Origin: a virus
DNA: 64,000 nt
Virus record (IMG/VR): IMGVR_UViG_3300046524_000141
Location: 3,988-67,987 of that record
Direction: 5' to 3' (one strand)
Shown here: in pieces, positions 1-10,113 of the stretch
Layout of the letters: every line of letters starts with the position of its first letter
Position numbering within the stretch: the stretch's first letter is position 1
Position numbers and translations under genes: made by a program
Notes under the pieces: model-generated
Seen by the model: the letters and a program-made list of their open reading frames with translations, nothing else
Told to the model about the DNA's origin: nothing
Databases searched by the model: none

Positions 1-1
1 C

Positions 2-547
2 GAAGCAAAGCTGCGCGAGATCGCCGAGAAAGTCGGTAAGGCCAACACGGTCAATGTCGGCTTTCTGGAGGGGGCAACCTATCCCGATGGGACGCCGGTC
101 GCGCTGATCGCCGCCACGAACGAATATGGCGGGACGGTCACTGTGCCGGAGCATGACGTCACCATCAATCGGAATCTCAAGAAGAACGGGGAGTTTGCCA
201 ATGACGGTAAGTTCGTCAAGGCGGACAAAGCCAATTTCTCGACCACGCACCACGTCGACGAATACACCGTCACCATCCCAGCGCGCCCCTTCTTCCGCAG
301 CATGATCCAGAAGAATAAGGGTGACTGGCCAGCCGACCTCGGCAAGATCATCAAGGCGGCGAACTACGATTCGACTGTCGCGCTCGGCCGACTCGGCAAG
401 CATGTAGCCGAGCAGTTGCAGGAGTCGATTCGCGATTTCAGCGAGCCGGGCAATGCGAAGTCGACCATCGCAAAGAAGGGCTTCGATAAACCCTTGGTCG
501 ACTCAGATCACATGTTGAACAGCGTTGACTCGGAAGTCCAGGAATGA
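2..547 (+). CDS. Neck/tail-completion morphogenesis protein, 5'-partial
   Basis: Frame is open from base 2 (EAKLREIAEKVG...VGFLEGATYPDGTPVALIAATNEYG). IPARPFFR and KGFDKPLVDS motifs are typical of phage morphogenesis proteins; lies before the tail genes. Confidence 0.75.
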   Translation, partial: EAKLREIAEKVGKANTVNVGFLEGATYPDGTPVALIAATNEYGGTVTVPEHDVTINRNLKKNGEFANDGKFVKADKANFSTTHHVDEYTVTIPARPFFRSMIQKNKGDWPADLGKIIKAANYDSTVALGRLGKHVAEQLQESIRDFSEPGNAKSTIAKKGFDKPLVDSDHMLNSVDSEVQE

Positions 548-927
548 ACCTCAACAACATCGTCGGCAGCTACGTGGCTGCCGTGAATCCGTGGGTGATC
601 GCATCGATTCAGCCGTCGCAAGGATACGGGACAAACGACGACGGCAAGCGCGTGCCCGCATACGGAGGGGCGCTTGACATCCCGGTCCAGATGCAGCCAC
701 TTCAGTACAACGACCTGATTCAGGTCAGCGGCCTGAACCTCCAGGGTGAGCGCAAGGCGATGTATGCCAACGGCGAATGGGATGCCGTCGTGCGCTCCAC
801 TCAGGAGGGCGGCGATCTGGTGACATTGCCGGACGGTTCCGTGTGGCTGCTGGTGTTCCAGTTCGAAGACTGGAATGCAACAGCCGGATGGACAAAATTT
901 TGTGTCACGCGACAGAACGGCAGCTAA
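544..927 (+). CDS. Head-closure/head-tail connector protein
   Basis: 127 aa, ATGA-coupled to the upstream gene, in the neck module. Confidence 0.6.
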   Translation: MNLNNIVGSYVAAVNPWVIASIQPSQGYGTNDDGKRVPAYGGALDIPVQMQPLQYNDLIQVSGLNLQGERKAMYANGEWDAVVRSTQEGGDLVTLPDGSVWLLVFQFEDWNATAGWTKFCVTRQNGS

Positions 928-930
928 GCG

Positions 931-1656
931 ATGGCTATCTCCCTAAGCCTCACAGAAAGCCAGACGATTAAGGCGCTCCGCTCATTCCTGTTGTCCGTCC
1001 TGCCGGCTGGCATTGAGGTCGTTCGCGCCCAGGACAACCGCGTGCCGGAGCCGGTTGGCCCCGACTTCGTCATGATGACGCCGACGTTACGTGGCCGCCT
1101 TGAAACGAACGTCGACACCTATGCGGATGTGGCCTTCACCGGGTCCATCGCCGCAAACATATTGACAGTGACCGAGATAAGCGTCGGCGCTATAGCGGTT
1201 GGCGCACAGTTGTTAGGCAATAACATCGCTGCCAATACCGTGGTGACGGCACTTGGTACGGGAACCGGAGGCGTCGGAACATACACCGTTACGCCTTCCC
1301 AATCCGTCTCAAGCCAGATCATGGCTGCTGGCACGCAAATGCTGTTGCAGCCAACCCAGGTCACCGTGCAGCTTGACGTGCACGGGCCGGCTAGCGCTGA
1401 CAATACGCAGATCATCACTACGCTGTTTCGAGACGGCTACGCGACCAGCGCGTTTGCCTTGTCCGGCTTCGACGTAACGCCGCTGTACGCCAACGATCCA
1501 CATCAGATGCCGTTCACGAACGGTGAGCAGCAAGTGGAAGATCGGTGGGTTGTCGACGTCGTTATGCAGGCCAATCCGGTCCTGACTGTCCCGCAGCAGT
1601 TCGCATCCAGCATCGAAGCCAGCGTGACCAGCGTTCAAGCGCAGTACCCCGCCTAA
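931..1656 (+). CDS. Tail terminator/neck protein with an inserted Gly/Thr-rich beta domain
   Basis: Directly precedes the sheath gene; QDNRVPEP and VQLDVHG motifs. Confidence 0.65.
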   Translation: MAISLSLTESQTIKALRSFLLSVLPAGIEVVRAQDNRVPEPVGPDFVMMTPTLRGRLETNVDTYADVAFTGSIAANILTVTEISVGAIAVGAQLLGNNIAANTVVTALGTGTGGVGTYTVTPSQSVSSQIMAAGTQMLLQPTQVTVQLDVHGPASADNTQIITTLFRDGYATSAFALSGFDVTPLYANDPHQMPFTNGEQQVEDRWVVDVVMQANPVLTVPQQFASSIEASVTSVQAQYPA

Positions 1657-1681
1657 CAACCCGCCTCACCCAATTCTTTCG

Positions 1682-1710
1682 AGCCCGCCATTGAGCGGGC
1701 TTTTTCTTTT
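1682..1710 (+). terminator. Rho-independent terminator
   Basis: AGCCCGC-loop-GCGGGCT followed by a T tract. Confidence 0.75.
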
Positions 1711-1719
1711 GGAGCCCTC

Positions 1720-3228
1720 ATGGCGAGCATTCCCGCAAGTGCCATTGTCTCGGTCGTCCCGTCAGTCATTTCGGCCGGCGGGAGTGCACTCGAACTGATC
1801 GGTCTTTGTTTGACCGAAAACACCCGCGTTCCGACCGGCCAAGTCCTTTCGTTCCCCTCGGCGGCGGCCGTATCGTCCTATTTCGGTCCGGCTTCTGTTC
1901 AAGCCGCGCAGGCCGCGATCTATTTCGCTGGCTTCACGGGCTCGAACGTTCTGCCGGCTGCGATGCTATTCGCGCAATACAACCTGGCAGCCGTTCCAGG
2001 CTACCTCCGTGGCGGCAACATCTCGGGCTTGACGCTGACCCAGCTTCAGGCCCTGACCGGCACACTCACGATCAACTTTGCCGGTGTGCCGGAAACGTCG
2101 TCCACGATCAGCCTGTCGGCGGCAACAAGCTTTTCTAGCGCGGCCACGATCATTCAGGCTGGATTCACGTCGCCTCCGTTCGCCGTCACGTATGACAGCG
2201 TTTCTGGTGCGTTCGTGTTCACCAGCACCGCGACGGGCGCGACTGAAACTATCCAGTACGCCACGGGCACGCTCGCCGCTGGCCTCATGCTGACGCAGCA
2301 GACCGGCGCGATCCTGTCGCAAGGCGCCGCTATTGCTGCCGCTCCTGCTGCCTACATGGCCGGCATCGTGGCGCAGACGACGAACTGGGCGACGTTCTTC
2401 TCGGACTTCGATCCGGATGGCGGCTCGGGCAACACGCTGAAGTACGAATTTGCACAATGGGCCGGCTCGACGAACGATCAGTTCGCGTACTTCGTCGAAG
2501 ACACCGATATCACGCCGACTGAATCGACGGACGCAGCTTCGTCACTGGGTCAGAAGATCATCGCGGCAAGCCTCTCCGGCACGACGCCGATTTACGTGCC
2601 GAGCATTCCGTACGGTCTTGCCGCGTTCGCATCGGGTGCCGTCGCGTCGATCGACTTCACCGAAACGAATGGCGATTCCACTCTCGCGTTCAAGTCGCAA
2701 TCCGGTCTGTTGCCTAGCGTGACGAACCAGACGGTGTCGGCGAATCTTCAGGCTAATGGCTACAACTGGTACGGGGCCTATGCAACGGCCAACCAGGCTT
2801 TCACGTTCTTCTATCCCGGCTCGATCTCGGGCCCGTTCAAGTGGGTCGACGCGTACGTAGGGCAGATTTGGCTCAATAGTCAATTCCAGCTCGCCTTGAT
2901 GGAGTTGTTGACCAACGTCAAGTCGATTCCGTACAACCCCGCCGGCTATGCGCTTGTCAGCGCAGCGATGCAAGACCCGATTAATGCAGCGCTGAACTTC
3001 GGTTTGATTGATCAGAACGTCGCGTTGTCTGCGGCTCAGATCGCCGAAGTGAATAACGCCGCTGGAACTGCCATCGCAAGCACGCTGCAAAGCCAGGGTT
3101 GGTATCTGCAAATTCAAACCGCTTCTGCGCAGACGCGCGGCAACCGCACATCGCCGCCGATTACGTTCTGGTACGTCCAGGGCGGATCGATTCAATCCAT
3201 CAACGTTAGCAGCGTCGAAGTGCAGTGA
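1720..3228 (+). CDS. Tail sheath protein (DUF3383-type)
   Basis: 502 aa; [15 protein letters not shown]-terminus and FWY..GGSIQSI C-terminus; precedes the tube gene. Confidence 0.85.
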   Translation: MASIPASAIVSVVPSVISAGGSALELIGLCLTENTRVPTGQVLSFPSAAAVSSYFGPASVQAAQAAIYFAGFTGSNVLPAAMLFAQYNLAAVPGYLRGGNISGLTLTQLQALTGTLTINFAGVPETSSTISLSAATSFSSAATIIQAGFTSPPFAVTYDSVSGAFVFTSTATGATETIQYATGTLAAGLMLTQQTGAILSQGAAIAAAPAAYMAGIVAQTTNWATFFSDFDPDGGSGNTLKYEFAQWAGSTNDQFAYFVEDTDITPTESTDAASSLGQKIIAASLSGTTPIYVPSIPYGLAAFASGAVASIDFTETNGDSTLAFKSQSGLLPSVTNQTVSANLQANGYNWYGAYATANQAFTFFYPGSISGPFKWVDAYVGQIWLNSQFQLALMELLTNVKSIPYNPAGYALVSAAMQDPINAALNFGLIDQNVALSAAQIAEVNNAAGTAIASTLQSQGWYLQIQTASAQTRGNRTSPPITFWYVQGGSIQSINVSSVEVQ

Positions 3229-3250
3229 GTATTTGAGTTAGAATGTAATT

Positions 3251-3331
3251 GTGCGGGATAGGAGGCATCCGACAAGCCAGTTCCCTAGCTGGTTTCCCGC
3301 ACCACTCACTAGGGTTTGCTTAGGGGCAAAC
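3251..3331 (+). promoter_or_regulatory. Structured 5' leader (three-way junction, possible pseudoknot, RBS-occluding hairpin) of the HNH gene
   Basis: GTGCGGGA/TCCCGCAC outer stem; loop CCCTAG complementary to CTAGGG at 3309-3314; GTTTGC/GCAAAC hairpin over the RBS. Confidence 0.55.
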
Positions 3332-3332
3332 G

Positions 3333-3998
3333 ATGGATCTGAAAACCTGCACCAAGTGCGGCGCCGAGAAATCGCATGATCAATTCACCGTCAGAAAAGC
3401 CAGCAAGGACGGTCTTCACCCAAGTTGCAAGGATTGCCGCGCAGCATACCGCGCTCGCAATTCAGAAAAGATTCGTGAATATAACTCTGCGTACTATGCG
3501 AGCGACATTGATGGCCAGCGCGCTCGCGCCAAGGTATGGCGCGATGCAAACGTAGAGCGCGCCCGCGAGAACTATCGTAAGTTTTACCTAAAGAATCGCG
3601 ATATCCGGCTGCAATATTCAAAGAATTGGGAGCGTAGCAACAAGGAATCTCGCCTTGAATACCATCGCAAGTATTACTGGTCCAATACGGACAAAGTGGC
3701 GTTCAAGAACTTTAGGTATAGAAGAGAGAACCCCGAGAAGGTCGCCGCACTCTGGATGCGTCGATACGCATCTAAACTTAGGGCGACGCCACGCTGGGCA
3801 GATTTTGATGCAATTGAGGCGATATACAAAGAAGCCGCCAGGATCAGCAAAGAGACTGGCATTGAACATCACGTCGACCATATCGTGCCCCTCCAGTCCC
3901 GGTTGGTGTGCGGACTGCACTGGGCGGCAAATCTTCGTGTGATTCCGGGTTCAGAGAACCAAAGCAAGGGCAACCGGCACTGGCCGGATATGCCATAA
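3333..3998 (+). CDS. Free-standing HNH homing endonuclease
   Basis: N-terminal CxxC...CxxC; C-terminal HVDHIVPL...CGLH..NL...EN..KGN HNH motif. Confidence 0.9.
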   Translation: MDLKTCTKCGAEKSHDQFTVRKASKDGLHPSCKDCRAAYRARNSEKIREYNSAYYASDIDGQRARAKVWRDANVERARENYRKFYLKNRDIRLQYSKNWERSNKESRLEYHRKYYWSNTDKVAFKNFRYRRENPEKVAALWMRRYASKLRATPRWADFDAIEAIYKEAARISKETGIEHHVDHIVPLQSRLVCGLHWAANLRVIPGSENQSKGNRHWPDMP

Positions 3999-4019
3999 GC
4001 AACAGTAGCCGAATTCAAC

Positions 4020-4045
4020 AAAGCCTCCCTTGCGGAGGCTTTTTC
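4020..4045 (+). terminator. Rho-independent terminator
   Basis: AAGCCTCC-loop-GGAGGCTT plus T tract. Confidence 0.75.
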
Positions 4046-4061
4046 ATTTCTGGAGCCTAAA

Positions 4062-4493
4062 ATGGCAGACATAACCTCCGCGAACAGTGTCCTTATGCTT
4101 GGGGTCACCGGACTATTCACAGTACCTCAGCAATTGGCCGGATTCTCGGCTGACGACATGTACGATATTGCCGCCGTCGACACCAAGGAAGTCGTCATGG
4201 GCGCCGATGGCAATCTGTCTGCTGGCTGGATTCCACAGGTCAAGGTGATGTCTGTCACGCTCCAGGCGGATAGCCCGAGCAATACCTTCTTCGATTCGTG
4301 GTATGCAGCGGAGGAAGCTGCGCAGACACCGTTCTTTGCGTTTGGCGTAATCAATCAGCCATCGGTCAGTAGGGTGTACACGCTCACGACCGGGGTTCTG
4401 AAGAATTACACTCCGCTCGCTGCAGCCAAGAAAACCCTGCAACCGCGGAAGTTTGAAGTGCACTGGAAACTCACGATCGGAGTGCCGACGTAA
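4062..4493 (+). CDS. Tail tube protein
   Basis: 143 aa after the sheath; DITSAN and TLQADSPS motifs. Confidence 0.8.
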   Translation: MADITSANSVLMLGVTGLFTVPQQLAGFSADDMYDIAAVDTKEVVMGADGNLSAGWIPQVKVMSVTLQADSPSNTFFDSWYAAEEAAQTPFFAFGVINQPSVSRVYTLTTGVLKNYTPLAAAKKTLQPRKFEVHWKLTIGVPT

Positions 4494-4915
4494 TGGCCCG
4501 CAAATCTCACACGATCGTCATTGAGGCCGAAGGCCGCGACAAGGGCAAGATGTTTACGATCGCCGAAATGCCCCCCTCGCAAGCCGAAAAGTGGGCATTC
4601 CGCGCCCTGCTCGCACTGGCGAAATCGGGCGTTGAGGTGCCGGATGACATCGCGAGCGCCGGCCTGGCTGGCGTTGCTGCCATGGGCATCAAGGCATTCT
4701 CGGGCCTCAGCTTTGAGGATGCGGAGCCGCTGCTCGACGAGATGTTCGCCATGGTCTCGTTCGTTCCCGATCCGGCGCGTCCCGCCATCAAGCGCGGCCA
4801 TGGTGGCGTTGGACCGTTGATAGAGGACGACATCGAGGAAATCTCGACGCGTCTGCGTCTGCGCAAAGAGCTGTTCTTCCTGCATACAAATTTTTTTACA
4901 GCCGTCGTCGGCTGA
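4493..4915 (+). CDS. Tail assembly chaperone (gpG-like)
   Basis: GRDKGK.F.I.EM motif; lies between tube and tape measure; ends in a slippery T7 run. Confidence 0.8.
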   Translation: MARKSHTIVIEAEGRDKGKMFTIAEMPPSQAEKWAFRALLALAKSGVEVPDDIASAGLAGVAAMGIKAFSGLSFEDAEPLLDEMFAMVSFVPDPARPAIKRGHGGVGPLIEDDIEEISTRLRLRKELFFLHTNFFTAVVG

Positions 4916-5121
4916 AACTAAGCCACTTCGCTGACGACGGACGCGCCTACGCAGAATATGTGAACGTCCCGCGCACGATAGGTGCCGTCATATCGGCGCG
5001 TCTTGCAACGATGGCTGAAATCGAAACGGTTCTGGGCATGGAGGATATCTACGACCTCCTGGAAATTATCACCGTTGACGCCTACAACAAACAGATTGCG
5101 CAAAAGAGCGAGGAACCATGA
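4891..5121 (+). CDS. -1 frameshift extension of the tail chaperone (gpGT-like)
   Basis: T TTT TTT at 4891-4897. The -1 frame is open (FYSRRRLK...EDIYDLLEIITVDAYNKQ...EEP*) and its TGA overlaps the tape-measure ATG. Confidence 0.75.
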   Translation, partial: FFYSRRRLKLSHFADDGRAYAEYVNVPRTIGAVISARLATMAEIETVLGMEDIYDLLEIITVDAYNKQIAQKSEEP

Positions 5122-7103
5122 GCACCGTAATTGACGCGCTGGTTGTCTCGCTTGGCCTTGACGCCTCTGGTTTTCAAAAAGGCCAGAAGGACGCCTCGGC
5201 GGCGATGAAGAAGACGAGCGACGATGCCGACACAACCGCCAAGAATATGGAGGCCCGCGGCAAACAAGCCGGCGAGTTCTTCGGTCAGATCAAGAATCAG
5301 GTCGTCGGCCTGCTCGCGGTCTTCACGGCCGGCAAGGGGCTGTCGTCGTTCGTCTCCGATGTCGTAGCCAGTGACGCCGCCGTGGGCCGCATGGCGAAGA
5401 ACATCGGCATGTCGACCGAAACCCTGTCTGCATGGCAGGGCGTAGCGGAACGTGCGGGTGGTTCGTCTGCCGGTATCACGGGCTCGCTGAAGGCGATGGC
5501 GCAGCAGATGGCGCAGATATCGATCACCGGCACGCCGGGTGCGCAGGTTCTGCAAAGTTTGGCTATGTCCGGCATCAACGTGGCGAAGTATTTCGACAAG
5601 GCCACGACATCGAGCGAACGTCTGTTGATGGCGTCGGACGCGTTCAAGGGCATGGATGCATCCCGCGCTCAGGCACTTGGCGCCGGCATGGGCTTTGACG
5701 AAGGCACCGTGAACGTGCTAATGCAAGGTCGTCAGGCTGTACAGGCGTTGCTGGCAGAGCAGGAAAAGATCGGCGTCACGAACGAGGCTGATGCGAAGTC
5801 TGCGCAACAGTTGCAGGCAGCCTGGCGCGCCATGGGCCAAGCATCAACCGACCTCGGCCGCAAGATTCTCACGTCGCTGTCGCCGTACATTCAGCAGTTA
5901 GCGGCTGCGCTGCTTAAGCTCTCGGAATGGGCGGCGACGCACCGGCCCATGGTCGAAGCCATGTTCATCGGCCTGGCTGCCACCGCAGCGGCGTTTGCCG
6001 TTGCACTAGCGGCGCCTATAGCTGGTATCGCAGCATTGGCTGCGGGTATCGGCGTTGCCGTTGCCGCTGTTGCCGTGCTTTACGACGACTGGAAAACCTG
6101 GATCGACGGCGGTCAGTCTGCATTCGGCGGGTTCTGGCAGTTCTTTGCGGACAAGTGGAATGCGATCTCGGGCGTTGTGACGCCGGTCTTCGCATCGCTC
6201 AAGGCAGTCTTCACCGACTGGGTATCTGGCGTCGAGGATCTGCTCAAGCTGGTCGTGTCGCTCTTTACCGGCAACGGTGACGACATCCGCAAGGCATGGT
6301 CCGCCCTTATCGGCGATCTCGGCCAGTACTTCACCGACTGGGTTGGTCTAATCAAGAATCTTGGGCCGGCCATTCTGGCTGCGTTCAAAACAGCATTCTC
6401 GGTTGCTTTCGACTGGGTCAAGGGTCGGGCCAAGGCCGTCTGGAATGCGATCACGGGCAAGCATGATGCAGAACCCGCCGCTGCTCCGCCAACGGACGGT
6501 GCGCCGGCCAGTCCGTCCAAGCCGTCTGGTGGCACATCGGTTCTCGCCGAAGCCATGCAAGCGGCCAAGTCTTCTGAATCGAAGTACGGCATCCCGGCTG
6601 CGGTGACGATGGCTCAGTTCGCGATCGAGAGCGGCAACGGCGCACACATGCCAGCAGGTAGCAACAATCCGTTCGGCATCAAGGCCAGGGCCGGTCAGCC
6701 CTATGTTGAGGCTCAGACCAACGAGTTTATCAACGGCAAGATGGAGCGCGTCACGCAGCGGTTCGCCAAGTTCGATTCGCTGGCCGATGCTTTCGATTCG
6801 CACGCCAAACTCCTGGCGACGGGCAGCGCTTATGCATCCGCCAGAACGCATGAGAATGATCCCCAAGCTTTTGCAAACGCACTGACGGGAAAATATGCGA
6901 CTGACCCGCAATACGGGGCGAAGCTCAACGCGATCATGGCGCGCAACAATGCCGGCGGCGGAAATACCAGCACCAGTGACGTGAAGATTGCGCAGATCAA
7001 CGTGCAGACACAGGCGACCGATGCGAAGGGTATCGCCAAGGACATCGGGCCGGCGGTGAAACAGTACGCCTTTACCGCGCAGGCAAACACAGGGCTTAGC
7101 TGA
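5118..7103 (+). CDS. Tape measure protein with C-terminal GH73 glucosaminidase (FlgJ-like) domain
   Basis: Ala-rich helical 661 aa with a hydrophobic segment; C-terminal AQFAIES, NPFGIKA and YATDP motifs. Confidence 0.85.
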   Translation: MSTVIDALVVSLGLDASGFQKGQKDASAAMKKTSDDADTTAKNMEARGKQAGEFFGQIKNQVVGLLAVFTAGKGLSSFVSDVVASDAAVGRMAKNIGMSTETLSAWQGVAERAGGSSAGITGSLKAMAQQMAQISITGTPGAQVLQSLAMSGINVAKYFDKATTSSERLLMASDAFKGMDASRAQALGAGMGFDEGTVNVLMQGRQAVQALLAEQEKIGVTNEADAKSAQQLQAAWRAMGQASTDLGRKILTSLSPYIQQLAAALLKLSEWAATHRPMVEAMFIGLAATAAAFAVALAAPIAGIAALAAGIGVAVAAVAVLYDDWKTWIDGGQSAFGGFWQFFADKWNAISGVVTPVFASLKAVFTDWVSGVEDLLKLVVSLFTGNGDDIRKAWSALIGDLGQYFTDWVGLIKNLGPAILAAFKTAFSVAFDWVKGRAKAVWNAITGKHDAEPAAAPPTDGAPASPSKPSGGTSVLAEAMQAAKSSESKYGIPAAVTMAQFAIESGNGAHMPAGSNNPFGIKARAGQPYVEAQTNEFINGKMERVTQRFAKFDSLADAFDSHAKLLATGSAYASARTHENDPQAFANALTGKYATDPQYGAKLNAIMARNNAGGGNTSTSDVKIAQINVQTQATDAKGIAKDIGPAVKQYAFTAQANTGLS

Positions 7104-7708
7104 TGGCAAACGGAATCCCGGCGCTGCTCGGCAAAGTCGCCAACGTCACGAACACGGTCTCGCTGGTCGTCGCCGATGCGCAGCTCATCCTCGGTCTGTT
7201 TGCGGGCCCGAAGTGGGGCATCGGGATCAACGGCGTGTTTCAGGTATTTCCTGATTCCGTCGTTGACCTCGAGTTCAAGCGCGACTGGCAGATATCGAAC
7301 GCCCCCCAGGAGCAAGGGGCATTTCAGAGCTACAACAAGGTCGCCACGCCCTACGATGCGCATATCAGGATGACCAAGGGCGGGACGGAGGCGGCCCGCG
7401 CGCAGTTTCTCGATACGATTGATGCGCTGGCCGCTTCGACGGTGCTGGTCGATGTCGTCACGCCGACCAAAATATATCGGAACGCGAACATCACGCACTA
7501 CGACTATCGGCGCACGTCAACCAATGGCGTCGGGCTGCTGACGGTGGATATAGCGCTTCAGGAAATCCGCATCGCTCCCTCGCCGGCTTTCACCAATACT
7601 GCGGCGCCTGGCGGGGCCGATCCTCAGCAGGGCGGTTCCGTGCAGACGCGGCCCCCAACAGGAGGCATGTCAACGCTGTTCGGCCCCAACACCGTGAATT
7701 TCCAGTGA
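7103..7708 (+). CDS. Baseplate/tail tube initiator (Dit-like) protein
   Basis: P.EQGAFQSYNKV..P motif; follows the tape measure gene. Confidence 0.7.
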   Translation: MANGIPALLGKVANVTNTVSLVVADAQLILGLFAGPKWGIGINGVFQVFPDSVVDLEFKRDWQISNAPQEQGAFQSYNKVATPYDAHIRMTKGGTEAARAQFLDTIDALAASTVLVDVVTPTKIYRNANITHYDYRRTSTNGVGLLTVDIALQEIRIAPSPAFTNTAAPGGADPQQGGSVQTRPPTGGMSTLFGPNTVNFQ

Positions 7709-7710
7709 GG

Positions 7711-8046
7711 CTACTGGATAGGCTGGTACTGCGGAGCGGGATTGATGCACTGGTCAGAAACCGCTTGTTGGAGAACCTGTGGCGGTAGTCCAGCAAACCT
7801 CTCGTCGAAATACACCACGTTGATCATCCGCTTGATTTGTTGATCCGTAAGCGTATTGAAAATGCTTCGCTTCTGGTTGACAAACTTCATGAATTCTTGC
7901 GGAGACTGTTGTGAGTCTCTGTATGAGGCGGCCATATTGACGAGCATGGCTTGTTGATTGCAGTTGTTGATTTTCTGTGGACTAACGTCCTGCGCCTGAC
8001 ACAAAACCGGGAAGACAAGAGCCGCAACAACAATAGCTTTTTTCAT
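7711..8046 (-). CDS. Secreted hypothetical protein (antisense moron)
   Basis: Sec signal MKKAIVVAALVFPVLCQA; opposite strand within the tail operon; AT-richer. Confidence 0.7.
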   Translation of the reverse strand: MKKAIVVAALVFPVLCQAQDVSPQKINNCNQQAMLVNMAASYRDSQQSPQEFMKFVNQKRSIFNTLTDQQIKRMINVVYFDERFAGLPPQVLQQAVSDQCINPAPQYQPIQ

Positions 8047-8136
8047 TCTCTTTCTCGTTGTCTACTTGCCACGGCCGCAGCAAGCGAATCAAAAGGATAG
8101 CACTCGGTGAATCCAGCCGTGAGTGCGTGAAAATTT

Positions 8137-8469
8137 ATGCAGATCATCCCAATCGCGGACACGTTTTCGCAAACGATCTCAGTGCAGCTTGCGGGCCAGA
8201 ATTGCACAATTAATTTGTACCAGAAGTCGACGGGATTCTACTGCGACCTATCCGTCAACGGCTCACTGCTGATCGGCGGCGTCATCTGCCAGAACCTGAA
8301 TCGCATTGTGCGCAGCCTGTACCTCGGCTTCGTGGGTGACCTGTGCTTTGTCGACACGCAGGGCACCTTCACGCTGCCTAGCACCGGCTTGGACCCGTCC
8401 AGCCCAGGGCTCGGAACGCGCTACGTATTCTGCTACCTGGAAGCGTCGGACCTCGCCGGAGTCGGCTGA
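8137..8469 (+). CDS. Baseplate/virion structural protein
   Basis: 110 aa; YLGFVGDL.F.DTQG...GLG.RY motif; precedes the hub gene. Confidence 0.7.
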   Translation: MQIIPIADTFSQTISVQLAGQNCTINLYQKSTGFYCDLSVNGSLLIGGVICQNLNRIVRSLYLGFVGDLCFVDTQGTFTLPSTGLDPSSPGLGTRYVFCYLEASDLAGVG

Positions 8470-9365
8470 TGAGCTTCGTTAAGCGCACAATCAATCTGAC
8501 GTTCAGGCTCGGGCGTGACACGAACGGTGTCCAGTACAACTTCACCGAGGGAAATTTCGACCAGGTGAGCGTCACGGGCCTGCGCATTCAGGCCACCATC
8601 GCGAGTGCCGGGGCGCCTTCGATGGGTGAGGCATCCGTGATTGTGCATGGACTCACGCCGTCGCTGATGAACCAGCTATCGTCCGTGAGCCGTCTCAACG
8701 GCGGACAGGTGACGACACGGTTCTACCAGATGATCATCGAGGCGGGCGACGCCATCGCCGGCATGAGCACGATCTTCCAGGGGCAGGTTTCCCTGGCGAC
8801 AGTAGATATGAGCGGGGCGCCGGACTCGACCTTGCACATCACGGCGCATGCGGGTCTGTTCGAGGCGGTCAAAACCACGGCGGCGCTGAGCTTCCCTGGC
8901 GTGGCCGACGTTGCGAATATCATGCAGAACCTCGCTGTGCAGAACAACTACTCGTTCGAGAACAATGGTGTCACAGCCAAGCTCTCGACGCCCTACTTTC
9001 ACGGATCGCCCAAGCAGCAGATGGAAGCGTGCGCCAACGCCGCGAACATCAACTGGACGCTCGATAACGGTACGTGCGCAATCTGGCCGAAGGGCGGCAG
9101 CCGCGGCGGTTCAATCCCGCTCATCTCTCCGGGTACAGGCATGATCGGATACCCGTCGAATGCCGGTTTGGGCGGCAGCATCGCAGTCAAGACGCTGTTC
9201 AATCCGCAATTGAGGATAGGCGGAAACTGCCAGGTGCAAAGCAGTCTTCCTTTCGCCAATGGCACATTCGTGATGTTCGGCATCGCGCACGATCTCGAAA
9301 GCGAGACGCCGAACGGCCTGTGGGAAACGTCATTTTCGGGGTCTCCGTTCAATGCTCAGCAATAA
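8469..9365 (+). CDS. Baseplate hub protein
   Basis: 298 aa; PLISP.TGMIGYP and TLFNP motifs; synteny. Confidence 0.75.
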   Translation: MSFVKRTINLTFRLGRDTNGVQYNFTEGNFDQVSVTGLRIQATIASAGAPSMGEASVIVHGLTPSLMNQLSSVSRLNGGQVTTRFYQMIIEAGDAIAGMSTIFQGQVSLATVDMSGAPDSTLHITAHAGLFEAVKTTAALSFPGVADVANIMQNLAVQNNYSFENNGVTAKLSTPYFHGSPKQQMEACANAANINWTLDNGTCAIWPKGGSRGGSIPLISPGTGMIGYPSNAGLGGSIAVKTLFNPQLRIGGNCQVQSSLPFANGTFVMFGIAHDLESETPNGLWETSFSGSPFNAQQ

Positions 9366-10113
9366 CGGCTACAACGGGCAGCAGACCCCAAACTCGGCCG
9401 GCTCAGACTTCAATGCCCAGACGTTCATGGTCTGGTCGATTCTGGCCCGCGTTCGGACCATGCAACTTGTGAAGGTGATGGGCGTCACGAACAACGGCGG
9501 CATCTCGCCAGTCGGCTTCGTCGATATCCTCCCACTCGTCAATCAGACGGATGGCGCAGGCAACGCGGAGTCGCACGGGACGATTTATCACTGCCCCTAC
9601 TTCCGGCTTCAGGGTGGCGCGAACGCGGTCATCATTGATCCGCAGGTGGGCGACATCGGCTGGGCCGGATTCGCAGACCGCGATATCTCGAGCGTGATCG
9701 CGAGCAAGGGACCGGCCAATCCCGGCAGCAAGCGGATGTTTGATATGGCGGATGCATGCTATTTCGGTGGAATGCTGAATGGGACGCCGAGCCAATACAT
9801 TGCGTTCTCGAGCTCTGGCGTTGCCGTGGTGTCACCGACGCAGATCAGTCTGATAGCGCCTCTCATCGTAGCCAGTGCATCGACATCTTTTACCGTGAAC
9901 TCGCCGCAATCGAACTTCAGCGGCGCCGTGATTATTCAGGGGCTGTTGTCGTGGCTGGCTGGTATGACCGGCAGCGTCACAAGCGGCGTTGCATCGCTCA
10001 TCACGGGTGCAGTGCAATTCGTTGGGTCGATCACCTCGAACGGCAAGGCGATTGACAGCACGCACACCCACCATGAGAACGGCGCAGGCAGCAACACTAA
10101 CCCCCCGAATTGA
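9352..10113 (+). CDS. Baseplate spike (gpV/Gp138-like)
   Basis: N-terminal IDPQVGDIG...DRDIS, beta-repeat C-terminus and HTHH metal tip. Confidence 0.85.
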   Translation: MLSNNGYNGQQTPNSAGSDFNAQTFMVWSILARVRTMQLVKVMGVTNNGGISPVGFVDILPLVNQTDGAGNAESHGTIYHCPYFRLQGGANAVIIDPQVGDIGWAGFADRDISSVIASKGPANPGSKRMFDMADACYFGGMLNGTPSQYIAFSSSGVAVVSPTQISLIAPLIVASASTSFTVNSPQSNFSGAVIIQGLLSWLAGMTGSVTSGVASLITGAVQFVGSITSNGKAIDSTHTHHENGAGSNTNPPN

